NCBI GenBank assembly: GCA_049966395.1
Contig: JBMFUT010000002.1
Coordinates: forward strand, 1-64,000
Length of the DNA stretch: 64,000 nt
Origin: Candidatus Micrarchaeia archaeon
GTDB taxonomy: Archaea > Micrarchaeota > Micrarchaeia > Micrarchaeales > CABMGC01
Reading direction: 5' to 3'
A program made the translations under genes and the position numbers. The notes under the pieces were generated by a model, which searched no databases, was not told the origin of the DNA, and saw only the letters and a list, made by a program, of their open reading frames with translations. Positions 20,506-29,552 of this stretch are shown piece after piece (position 1 is the first letter of the stretch; the number at the start of each line of letters is the position of its first letter).

Positions 20506-20540
20506 GAAGCCCATTTTGGGCTTCCTTTTTCTTTTTATTT
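20506..20540 (+). terminator. Hairpin plus U-rich tract terminator after the S-layer gene
   Basis: GAAGCCCA-TTT-TGGGCTTC followed by CTTTTTCTTTTTATTT. Confidence 0.7.
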
Positions 20541-20748
20541 AAGCCCTTTAGCGTCAGCCATGCGCGGCTTCTTCAAATTGGCAATATTCAAGCATTTCAA
20601 AATAGGTATTGGCATTGGGCAATGACCGCAGTGCCTAATGGCTATTGCATTCAAAGCGAATTCTTGCGCAATCTTCCGTCAGCGTTGTTCCGGCTCATGC
20701 ATTCAAGAAACCTTTAAAAATATTTACTGCAATATTATTGTGACCTTT

Positions 20749-22806
20749 ATGCGCAACACCCAGAGAACCCTATTGCTAGCTTTTTCATTCTCTATTGCAG
20801 CTGCCATGCTTTTCGGCGGAGCTTTCGCCGCTTCCTTCGCTTCCGTGCTGCAGGACTACAACGTGCCCAACTCCCTCATATCGTCGCTTTCGCAGCATAA
20901 CATAACATATGACGGCATGTCATATGCTGCTTTCTACAACGGTACGCACCTGTATTTCCTTATAAACAGCACTGACGACGCCCTCGTGACCAACGCCACC
21001 CAGATATTTGTTATAATACGCAACTACACTCTGCAGAGCAGCATAAGCGCGGCCAACTTTCCAGAGATAGCGCAGATGATGCACAGCTACGAGAATTCTT
21101 CAGCGCCTTCGCTCAACGACTGCCTTGTCGAGACTGGGCTAAACAGGTTCAATTGCACGCTTTCCAACTACTGCTTCTCCTGTCAAGCGGTGCCTAACTG
21201 CGACAGGGTGATGTACCAGACCGACGGTCCAAGCGGATCGTTTGGCCTCGGAATAATAAAATTTGAAAACCAGTACGGCTGGCTGAACAGGAGCTACAAT
21301 GCATTCTACTCAAGCATTCAAAGCATAAACATCTCCAACGCGCAGCAGAGGCTGCGCGCCATAGACTCATCGTTCTCAAACATATCAAACCTGACGAGGA
21401 GCATATACCAGAATCCAATATTCCCTCCGACTGCAAACATAACCAATTCGCAGCTTCAGTCGTGCATCTACTACCACACTCCGGCAACCTCCCCATGGTA
21501 TTGCGTTGCGCTCGGCTACTGCGGCTTCCTCACATACAACTACTCACAGCTCAACGGCATCGTTGCAAGAATGTTGCAGATAAACATGCTGCCTATCACT
21601 GATCAGCAGATTGTGAGCATTGCAAACAACGCAAGCAACATAGAATCATACTACATAACCCCGGTGCTCTACAAGAGGCAGACTTCGGCGCTCATGCGCA
21701 TACTAAACACTACGCTGGCCAACTACTCGTCGCTTGTATCAGGGTCGATGATGCTGCTGAGCCACGTGGACAACATTACGCTTTCGTCAGAGCTTTCGAC
21801 GCTAAACCAGAGCTACAACAAGCTTCTCAGCGGCTATGTTGGAATGAACCTTACATCTGAGAACGCTACGCTTGCAAAAGAGGTTGCCGCGCTCTCAGGC
21901 ACATACTCAAAGCTCAATGCGACATACAGCAAGGTGCTTGCCATGGCGAGCGCCAACACAGCGCTGCTGCTTAAGAAACAGCTAGATTCAATGGCGCCGT
22001 CTGCGCAGCTCCAGAGCCTTGCGCTGGAGGAGGCAGGTCTAAATGGAATGGCTACTGGAAAGACGAGCAACATGTCGTACCTTGAATCGAGCCTTTCTTC
22101 AGTGTATTCCAAGGCTTCTGCGATATACACATATCCTTCGGGGCTGACTGAGCTCGCAAGATCAATAGACACGCCTTTTGTAAGGAGCATGCTTTTCAGC
22201 ATGAAGCTGCCTTACTTCAGCGGGGTTGCGCTTGCGCCAGCAATAGCATCGATTCTCTCTATATTGATAAGCGTAATTGTCTTTGCGCTGCTGCTGTTCT
22301 ATTACCAGAGGCTCAGGATGAAGCGCAAGCTCAGGTTAAACAGGAGGACAGAGAGGAACTGGCATATGCTTTTCGCAATATTGGGCGTAATATTGATAGC
22401 ATACATAATAGTCGGCTACGCATATGCCGCTGCGGCAAACTCTTTCGCGCCTTACAGCGCGTTCAAAAACGCAGTAGCGAATTCTAAGAGCGTAGTAATA
22501 GCAATCAACGGCACGCCGACGGTTGCAAGCTACCAGTGCGCCAGCATGATAAGCAGGTCGCTTCTTGCAGAGAACAAGACGCCGGTGATCATATCCATTA
22601 TTAACAACACGTGCGTTTCAGGGGCGGGCACTGCAAGCATAAGCGACTGCATGAACTTCTACGCAACGTCTAACATACCTGTAATAATACTTACAAACAG
22701 CAGCTCCGACAGCATAAATATTTATTCCTTCTACGGCACAAAAATGATTGCAAGCGGGGATTCTGCATACATGGCAGCATGCTACCCGTCGCTTTTGGTG
22801 AAGTGA
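20749..22806 (+). CDS. Large membrane-anchored Cys-containing surface glycoprotein, function unknown
   Basis: Signal peptide from ATG 20749, many sequons, clustered Cys, two TM helices around a basic loop, C-terminal domain shared with the next ORF. Confidence 0.75.
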   Translation: MRNTQRTLLLAFSFSIAAAMLFGGAFAASFASVLQDYNVPNSLISSLSQHNITYDGMSYAAFYNGTHLYFLINSTDDALVTNATQIFVIIRNYTLQSSISAANFPEIAQMMHSYENSSAPSLNDCLVETGLNRFNCTLSNYCFSCQAVPNCDRVMYQTDGPSGSFGLGIIKFENQYGWLNRSYNAFYSSIQSINISNAQQRLRAIDSSFSNISNLTRSIYQNPIFPPTANITNSQLQSCIYYHTPATSPWYCVALGYCGFLTYNYSQLNGIVARMLQINMLPITDQQIVSIANNASNIESYYITPVLYKRQTSALMRILNTTLANYSSLVSGSMMLLSHVDNITLSSELSTLNQSYNKLLSGYVGMNLTSENATLAKEVAALSGTYSKLNATYSKVLAMASANTALLLKKQLDSMAPSAQLQSLALEEAGLNGMATGKTSNMSYLESSLSSVYSKASAIYTYPSGLTELARSIDTPFVRSMLFSMKLPYFSGVALAPAIASILSILISVIVFALLLFYYQRLRMKRKLRLNRRTERNWHMLFAILGVILIAYIIVGYAYAAAANSFAPYSAFKNAVANSKSVVIAINGTPTVASYQCASMISRSLLAENKTPVIISIINNTCVSGAGTASISDCMNFYATSNIPVIILTNSSSDSINIYSFYGTKMIASGDSAYMAACYPSLLVK

Positions 22807-22810
22807 TTTT

Positions 22811-23401
22811 TTGGCAAATGTGCAAAAGGCAAAGACCGAGGGCAGGCGCAATCCTGCAAAGCAGGAGCAGCAGCAGAAGGAGCGCCAGCAGAAGGAGCAG
22901 CAGCAAAGGGAGCAGCGCCGGAACAACGAAACTCTCGGATACATAGCCGCTATAGCAGCTATTGCAATAATAGTCTTCCTTGTGTATTTCGTCTTTTCAA
23001 ACTACCTTACTACTTCATTCTCTGCTTTCAAGGGCAATTTCGACTCTGCGCCGAGGGTTGCGATAGCTGTAACATACAGCAACACGACGCAGCTTCCATA
23101 CCTTATAAACTGTCTTGAAAAGACTGCCTACATGCTTGCGCTGCATGGAAGAAAGGCCACGACAATGGACGTTTTCATCCTTAATTCCACGAGCTGCACT
23201 TATTCTATAACAGGCATAGGCGGACCGGCAAACATAACCACAACCCAGGCTTCCAAATGCCTAGCGGTGGCAAGGTCTGAGCCAAGCATATTCCTAAACT
23301 ACAGCGTCACCAACAGCACAGAGATAACGCCGTACCACATGTACGTATATGGCAACAACGCTTATATGCAAGCTTGCGGCGTAGCTTCGGAGTTCTCGTA
23401 G
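22811..23401 (+). CDS. Hypothetical single-TM protein, paralogous to the C-terminal domain of the upstream gene
   Basis: Q/E/R-rich N-terminus, one TM helix; SAFK...C...C...C...AYM.AC pattern shared with the upstream protein. Confidence 0.75.
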   Translation: MANVQKAKTEGRRNPAKQEQQQKERQQKEQQQREQRRNNETLGYIAAIAAIAIIVFLVYFVFSNYLTTSFSAFKGNFDSAPRVAIAVTYSNTTQLPYLINCLEKTAYMLALHGRKATTMDVFILNSTSCTYSITGIGGPANITTTQASKCLAVARSEPSIFLNYSVTNSTEITPYHMYVYGNNAYMQACGVASEFS

Positions 23402-23439
23402 CATTAGCATGCACGGATTTCTGCCGCCAAAATACTGAT

Positions 23440-24759
23440 TTACTTGTAGCGCAGCATTGCTCCTATTCCCCCAAAGCCAATGAGAAACTCCTTGCCGTAA
23501 GAGCTCTCACTAGAAACGAAGACTGTCTGTATCCCGTTGGCGTCTGCCATGCCTATGAGCTCTTCCAGAGCGTCCTTGTTCTCGCTTACGCTCCGTCCGG
23601 TTTCAATGTCCGCGATTATTCGCTCCTTGTCTGCAGGCGAAGCAGACCTGTCTTTGGAAAGCCTGCTTGCTTCTTCCACAAGCGCCATGAACTGCGGATC
23701 AGGCGCCTCGCTGAGTATTTCAACATGCACTATCTGCCTTGAGCTTTTCTCGCTCTTGTAGACAAGCATTACCTCCATGCCCTGTTGGCTAGAAACCTTT
23801 TCGGAATAAAGCTCAAGGTCGTCGTTTATTATGAGCATCGATGCCTGCTTCTTTTCAATCTTTTCCTTGACGTTGGCATAGCCGTACACCGCAAGGCCGC
23901 CAGACGAAAGCTCCCTCATGAACCTCTCGAGCACCTGCCTTTCCTGCGAAGCCTCCTGCTCCTTCAGAAGCTCCTGCGCCTTCTCGACAAGCTCGTTGAG
24001 CCCAGTTTCGTCTGTATATCCTGTGTCATACATGCCCAATACCTTTATCTGGTAGTTGAGCGCGTTCTGCTTTATGAAATTTTCCTTAGAGGGTCCAGGC
24101 CCTCCTACAATGAGCCCCTTGAACTTTGTGCCTGTCTGCAGGCCTTGCTCAAATATGTCATTTATGCTAGAGGCTATTCTCTTGTAGTAATCTTCGGTGC
24201 TTTCCTGTATTGCCCTCTCGTACCTGTTCGCGCTCTGCCCTCCTTTCCTGACCTTTGCATGCGCTGTGGAGTTGAGCCTCTTCAGCACTCTTATGTAAGG
24301 GCCCTTGAGCGTGGCTATTGTGGCCTCCCTTCCGTCAAGCACAACAAGTAGGAAAGTGTCCTTTGCCTCTACAATATCCTCTATAGGATCCAAAAGGAAT
24401 GTCGAATCGCACCTGTATATGTTAACCTTGAGAGGCGCCGGTGGCTCCATGGAAAAGAGCTCTATGTCTGTCTTTCCGGGATTGTCGGAGATGTTGCCGC
24501 AGAATATTGCAAGGCCGTTCTTTGGCGTCTCCTTGAAAAGCCTGAGATACTGTATTATCTTGTCTATTGCGCTTATGACATTGGTCCTCGTGGTCTTGGA
24601 CTTTATGTTTGAAGATGTGCTTCGCTCCTCCCTCAGCTTGTTTGTCTCTTCGCTTATCTGGAAGCCAGCGGGTATGTATATGCTTATGAGCTCGGTGCCG
24701 TTGCCCCTGATCGACTTTAGCCTCTTTATCTCCCTGTGCATATTGTACTCTTCCTTCAT
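23440..24759 (-). CDS. prf1: Peptide chain release factor aRF1
   Basis: GTELISIYIP, NIKS, YRCDSTF, GGQS and FGGIGAMLRY motifs. Confidence 0.97.
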   Translation of the reverse strand: MKEEYNMHREIKRLKSIRGNGTELISIYIPAGFQISEETNKLREERSTSSNIKSKTTRTNVISAIDKIIQYLRLFKETPKNGLAIFCGNISDNPGKTDIELFSMEPPAPLKVNIYRCDSTFLLDPIEDIVEAKDTFLLVVLDGREATIATLKGPYIRVLKRLNSTAHAKVRKGGQSANRYERAIQESTEDYYKRIASSINDIFEQGLQTGTKFKGLIVGGPGPSKENFIKQNALNYQIKVLGMYDTGYTDETGLNELVEKAQELLKEQEASQERQVLERFMRELSSGGLAVYGYANVKEKIEKKQASMLIINDDLELYSEKVSSQQGMEVMLVYKSEKSSRQIVHVEILSEAPDPQFMALVEEASRLSKDRSASPADKERIIADIETGRSVSENKDALEELIGMADANGIQTVFVSSESSYGKEFLIGFGGIGAMLRYK

Positions 24760-24908
24760 TGAATTACCTGGCTATCCTTTCAGTTGTTGCCTGTCTGTAG
24801 CATCTGCAACGGAATCTGCGCTGCTGCCATTCTAATTTCGCTTGTGCATTATATATATTTTTGCGCGAACCTGAAAAGGCGCAAAAACCAAATAGCCACG
24901 TCGCTGCG

Positions 24909-26225
24909 CTAATTTGAATTTGGTTTGCCAATTTTGTCCTTGCCCATATACGGCACTAGCACTTCTGGCACGGTTATTGTGCCGTCGCCATTAGCGTAAT
25001 TCTCTACAATAGCGACTATGGTCCTGTTTGTTGCTATGGCTGTGGAGTTTAGAGTGTGCACATATTTCCTTTCGTTGCCCTCGTCATACTTTATGTCTAG
25101 CCTGAGCGACTGCCAGTCTGTGCAATTTGAGCAGGAAACTTCTTCCCTGTATGCGCCCTGCGCAGGCATGTACGCTTCAATGTCGTACTTCTTTGCGGCA
25201 ACAGTGCCTATGTCCCCTGTGCATACGTTTACAACCCTGTACGGTATTTTCATCTTCTGGAAAAGCGATTCGGCATTCGCAAGCAGCTCTTCATGCAGCT
25301 TCCAAGAATCCTCTTGCTTAGAGAATATGAACTGCTCCACCTTGTAGAAGTGGTGGACCCTGAATATGCCTTTTGTGTCCTTGCCATGGGCTCCTGCTTC
25401 CCTCCTGAAGCAAGGGCTCACCCCGACGAATTTCTTCGGCAGCTCGTTTGCAGACAGCACCTTGCCAGCGTACATTGCGGCCATCGGGTGCTCAGAAGTG
25501 GCTATCATGAAAAGCTCGTCGTTTACGTGCTCTATGTCTTTGTCTGCCTCAGCTTCCTTCGGATCTGCCGCCTTGTAGAGCATCTCCTCGAAATCACCGA
25601 AGGCAGTGACTCCCTTGTAGTACTCCTTCTTCATCATGAGCGGCGGAGCTATGAGCATGTAACCTTTCTTAATGAGCTCGTCTATGGCAAACCTTATGAG
25701 AGACTGCTCAAGAAGCGCTATATCACCCTTAAGGTAGAAGAACCTGGCTCCGGCAACTTTCGCGGCTTGCTCGAGCTCTATGAGTCCCATTCTTTCCAGA
25801 ATGTCTGCATGGCTCTCCCCGCCCTTCTTCTCTATGCTCCCCCATCTTTTCACTTCTTTGTTCTCGCTGTCGTCCTTTCCATATGGCACCGACTCATGCA
25901 GCACGTTCGGCATGTTCCAGAGTATCTTGTCTATCTCAGCCTCCTCTTCCGCAATTTTCGCTTCTCCATCTTCTATTCTCTTTTTTGTCTCGGAAAGCCT
26001 CTTTATTATCGCGTCTGCCTCTTCGTTCTTGCCCTCCTTCTTGAGCCTTGAAATTTCCATGCTAAGCTTGTTCCTTTCGGCCTGCAACGCCTGGGTGGCC
26101 GTCTTGAGGCTTCGCCACTCCTTGTCAAGCTCCAGCAGCCTGTCCAGCGGGTAATCGCTGTGCCTTCTTGCCAAGGAATCCCTTATAGCTTCCAAGTTGT
26201 CTCTTACATATTTTGTCGTAAGCAT
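24909..26225 (-). CDS. serS: Seryl-tRNA synthetase
   Basis: N-terminal coiled coil, ATSEHP, CFRREAG..GIFRVH.F.KVEQF, SCSNCTD, TLNSTA. Confidence 0.98.
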   Translation of the reverse strand: MLTTKYVRDNLEAIRDSLARRHSDYPLDRLLELDKEWRSLKTATQALQAERNKLSMEISRLKKEGKNEEADAIIKRLSETKKRIEDGEAKIAEEEAEIDKILWNMPNVLHESVPYGKDDSENKEVKRWGSIEKKGGESHADILERMGLIELEQAAKVAGARFFYLKGDIALLEQSLIRFAIDELIKKGYMLIAPPLMMKKEYYKGVTAFGDFEEMLYKAADPKEAEADKDIEHVNDELFMIATSEHPMAAMYAGKVLSANELPKKFVGVSPCFRREAGAHGKDTKGIFRVHHFYKVEQFIFSKQEDSWKLHEELLANAESLFQKMKIPYRVVNVCTGDIGTVAAKKYDIEAYMPAQGAYREEVSCSNCTDWQSLRLDIKYDEGNERKYVHTLNSTAIATNRTIVAIVENYANGDGTITVPEVLVPYMGKDKIGKPNSN

Positions 26226-26293
26226 CTATGCACCGCTGATGAGTTATATACGAATAAAATCTATAAATATATCCTGCTAAAGAGATATTGCCT

Positions 26294-26379
26294 GCGGGGG
26301 TGGCAGAGCCTGGTCAAATGCGACGGGCTTAGGACCCGCTTGCTTAGCGCATGCGAGAGTTCAAATCTCTCCCCCCGCA
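26294..26379 (+). tRNA. tRNA-Leu(TAG), long variable arm, CCA not encoded
   Basis: Acceptor GCGGGGG/CCCCCGC-A, anticodon loop CTTAGGA, T arm GAGAG-TTCAAAT-CTCTC. Confidence 0.93.
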
Positions 26380-26392
26380 AACGGTAGATTAA

Positions 26393-27094
26393 ATGCCTGA
26401 GATAAGCATTATAATACCATCATACAACGAAGAAGCGTACATTGGGGAGACGCTGGAAAGCATAAGGCGCCAGCCTTTCAAGGACTACGAGATAATAGTG
26501 GTTGACAAGAACAGCGAAGATAATACAGAAAAAATAGCGAGGAAATATGCGAAGGTCATAAAAGAATCAAAGCCGGGAATAGCACTTGCTAGGAACGTTG
26601 GGGCAAAGCATGCCAAGGGAAAAATACTCCTTTACATAGACGCCGACACTAGCGTGAGCAGGAGCACCCTGGCATCATACAGCGCGGCCATGAAGGACAA
26701 ACAGATTATAGCCGCCACAGGCCCAATATACCCAAGGGAGAAGGTGAGCTGGTTCGTGAATCTAGGCTACAAGGTGGTTTCTGTGCTTTTCGTCAGGCTA
26801 TCCATAATTTTCGGCAGGCCTTCTCTTGTGGGGTCTAACTTTGCAATAAGGAAAGACATTTTCGAGAAAGCTGGAGGATTCAATGAAAAGTTCATGACTT
26901 ACGAGGACTGGGATCTTTCTCACAGGATCAAGAAATTCGGTAAGATATCATATCTAAGCGATGCCGTAGTATACACAAGCGCAAGGAGAATACACGAGTG
27001 GGGCATAACGGGGTTTTTTGTGTTCCACTTCGGCAACATGATACGTTACAACATATTAAAGAAGCCAAAGGAGGAATACAAGCCAATAAGGTAG
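26393..27094 (+). CDS. Glycosyltransferase family 2
   Basis: IIIPSYNEE, IVVD, ARNVGA, IDAD, GGFNE...EDWDL, TSARR. Confidence 0.93.
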   Translation: MPEISIIIPSYNEEAYIGETLESIRRQPFKDYEIIVVDKNSEDNTEKIARKYAKVIKESKPGIALARNVGAKHAKGKILLYIDADTSVSRSTLASYSAAMKDKQIIAATGPIYPREKVSWFVNLGYKVVSVLFVRLSIIFGRPSLVGSNFAIRKDIFEKAGGFNEKFMTYEDWDLSHRIKKFGKISYLSDAVVYTSARRIHEWGITGFFVFHFGNMIRYNILKKPKEEYKPIR

Positions 27095-27146
27095 CGCCTG
27101 CGAATCCTTACAAAAGGTATATATATCTCAAATCAGATTAAAATTC

Positions 27147-28151
27147 GTGGCGCAAGAAGGGACAGTCAACAAAGTTTCGGCAGATGTTCCTCTAGGGGAT
27201 CTTCGCACTGCAATGCGCAAGACAGCATCCGACATATATTCAGAGCTCTGCTCCTCCATGAAGTCTTCAGAGAGATACAAAACAATAGTGGCGCAGAATC
27301 CCGCACTGTCAACAGTAATAGGCGCCTTTGAAAACATCGACTTGATTTCTTCGTTTCTGGATCTTGACATGCAAAGGGCGATAGAGAACAGGCAGGATCC
27401 TTCAAATATGTTTTACAATCACCCTCCAGAAATAGCGCTGATAAAAGTAATTTCCAATGCTCTTTCAAGCAAATCTGCGGAAATGCTCAGCGCGCTGAAC
27501 AGGACAATGAACCCCGGTGGAAATCCTGCCCTGAAGGAAAAATTTACAGAGACGGAAGCGGCTTTGGACACTATCTCTTTTGACATAGACCTCATGCTGT
27601 ACAAAGACGACAAGGATTTCGCCAGCAACTCGATGCTTTCTATACTTAGCGCAGCGGCGTGGATGTCAAGCTACGTAGACACTGCAAGGAGCATAAAGAT
27701 GAAATTTTCATTGGACATAGCTAGCGCTGCAGCTGCCAGCATTTCTTCATATAACCTATTTTCGCTCACAGAGTCAGAGGCGAGGAAGCTTTTCGATTTT
27801 GTAAATTCAAAGTTGTTCGCTGGTGCGCTCAACAGCTTGGATGCTCTGGAAAGCACAACAGGGGCATCCTTCACTGCAACGATAAATAGTTCCCTCAGCC
27901 AGGAGGAATTGCTGGCCGGCGCCAATTTCGAGACCCTCGCTGTCTTCTCAATAGTCGCGATGATTCAATATGCAATGCCAAATGCGTATGCTGTCACAGA
28001 ATCTATAGTAAACGACATGACTTCCACAAACAATATCAACGAGGCTATCGTTTCAAAAGTGATAGGTCTTGCAAAGGATCTTTATTTAGATGCGTCAAAA
28101 GGAAGAAGGGAAATAAAATCTGACAAATCTTGGGATAACGCTTACATGTAA
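27147..28151 (+). CDS. Hypothetical soluble helical protein, C-terminus NAYM
   Basis: 334-aa ORF with an upstream TATA-like element; no recognised family. Confidence 0.65.
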   Translation: MAQEGTVNKVSADVPLGDLRTAMRKTASDIYSELCSSMKSSERYKTIVAQNPALSTVIGAFENIDLISSFLDLDMQRAIENRQDPSNMFYNHPPEIALIKVISNALSSKSAEMLSALNRTMNPGGNPALKEKFTETEAALDTISFDIDLMLYKDDKDFASNSMLSILSAAAWMSSYVDTARSIKMKFSLDIASAAAASISSYNLFSLTESEARKLFDFVNSKLFAGALNSLDALESTTGASFTATINSSLSQEELLAGANFETLAVFSIVAMIQYAMPNAYAVTESIVNDMTSTNNINEAIVSKVIGLAKDLYLDASKGRREIKSDKSWDNAYM

Positions 28152-28164
28152 TAAAGTGATGTGA

Positions 28165-29322
28165 ATGGCCGAAAAGGTCAATGAATTAAAATCTAAGGCG
28201 TCTTTGATAAATGCAAAGCGCGGCGAAGCGAATACTGAACAGACTGTTGAAGAAAAGATAAATGCCGTGCTCTACGACGCACTCAAGGAAGTAAAAAATT
28301 ACGTAAGCGAGCAGATGGCAGACAAGGAAAGTGCAATAAGGGCCACTGTGAAAGAAATGCGGGCAATTAAAAAATCGCTCGGCATAAGCCGCGTGCCTCT
28401 ATACGAAATTCCTATGAATGCAAACGAGCTCAGCAGGCTTTCAGGTACAAATGTTGTCGAGAAAATATCAGCGCAAATGCCAGGACCATACAGCCTAGAA
28501 GTGCTGGTCATGCGCAGTTTTATCGACTCGGTAATCTTGCGTATGAGGGAAATCGCAGCATCTTTGAATGATTTTGGCACAGATATAAACTACGGCGAAC
28601 TGGTATCTGGTATTTACATTGTCAAGCACAATGTGGAAAGACTAAACAAGGTAAGCGCAGAGGACTGGTACAACGTTGGAAACAGGTATGCAATTTCGAT
28701 TTTGGCGCTGCTATCAATAGATGCAAATGGCAGTGCAAATGGCAAGGATGAAGTCGCCAAGCCAGAAATTAGCATGCCAAAGATGGAAGACGCCATAAAC
28801 TACAAGCTCTCTAAGCTGCAGGGCTTGGGTTTTGTGCTTGACGACAAGACCCTATCCTCAGCATGGCAGCGCCTTGTAGAGAAGTACTCTTTGCAAAAGT
28901 ATTCCAAACTTCTGGCTTCGCTAGACGGCTTTTCAAGGCTTCTTTACAGCAGCGAAGTGCCGTCTTATGCCGAAGTGGTAAGGAGGGCATACGGCCAGAC
29001 AAGCGAAACAGAAAACGGCGAATATGCAGGAACTTCATACGAAACGGGCAATGCCGACAAAAGCATGCGCCTGGACGTTTTCATCCTTTCTACTGCTGCA
29101 CAAATGGCATTGTCGAAGTTTATCGCTGTTTTTTTGGTGGAGGGAGAGATGGCCACCATAGCAAACAAAGAAATCAACCTAGCAATAGCAATTGACAGGA
29201 TAATGGCCAAAAACGAAATAGACGTAAATTTTCTGAAATTATTTGGGGAAGTCGTAAACCTGCTTTACGAACCCCCGAAGCCAATAATCAACAAGGCGTC
29301 GCAGGATTCAATGTACGGCTAG
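28165..29322 (+). CDS. Hypothetical soluble protein, C-terminus SMYG
   Basis: 385-aa ORF starting 13 nt after the previous gene with a GTGA SD-like element; no recognised family. Confidence 0.7.
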   Translation: MAEKVNELKSKASLINAKRGEANTEQTVEEKINAVLYDALKEVKNYVSEQMADKESAIRATVKEMRAIKKSLGISRVPLYEIPMNANELSRLSGTNVVEKISAQMPGPYSLEVLVMRSFIDSVILRMREIAASLNDFGTDINYGELVSGIYIVKHNVERLNKVSAEDWYNVGNRYAISILALLSIDANGSANGKDEVAKPEISMPKMEDAINYKLSKLQGLGFVLDDKTLSSAWQRLVEKYSLQKYSKLLASLDGFSRLLYSSEVPSYAEVVRRAYGQTSETENGEYAGTSYETGNADKSMRLDVFILSTAAQMALSKFIAVFLVEGEMATIANKEINLAIAIDRIMAKNEIDVNFLKLFGEVVNLLYEPPKPIINKASQDSMYG

Positions 29323-29378
29323 CCTCTGGAAAAGTATAAAATATTTAGCTAAACAATATTGAATACCCTAGTGGTTGC

Positions 29379-29546
29379 ATGGAATATACTAAATACGAGA
29401 AAGCAAGGATAATAGGCGCAAGGGCTCTGCAGCTTGCATATGGCGCTCCGCCGCTTGTCGAGGTGCCAAAGGGCACTACGGATCCTATAAAACTGGCGGA
29501 GCTGGAGTTCAACGCCGGCGTAATTCCGATAGTAATATTGAGGTAG
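29379..29546 (+). CDS. rpoK: RNA polymerase subunit Rpo6 (K); not in ORF track
   Basis: Manual translation MEYTKYEKARIIGARALQLAYGAPPLVEVPKGTTDPIKLAELEFNAGVIPIVILR. Confidence 0.97.
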   Translation: MEYTKYEKARIIGARALQLAYGAPPLVEVPKGTTDPIKLAELEFNAGVIPIVILR

Positions 29547-29552
29547 CTTTGC

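Noticed and set aside
22860..22920. CAG-rich repeat
   Set aside because: It is explained by the Q/E/R-rich coding segment and is imperfect and in frame.
26294..29322. Integrated element at tRNA-Leu
   Set aside because: No integrase and no duplicated tRNA 3' end was found.
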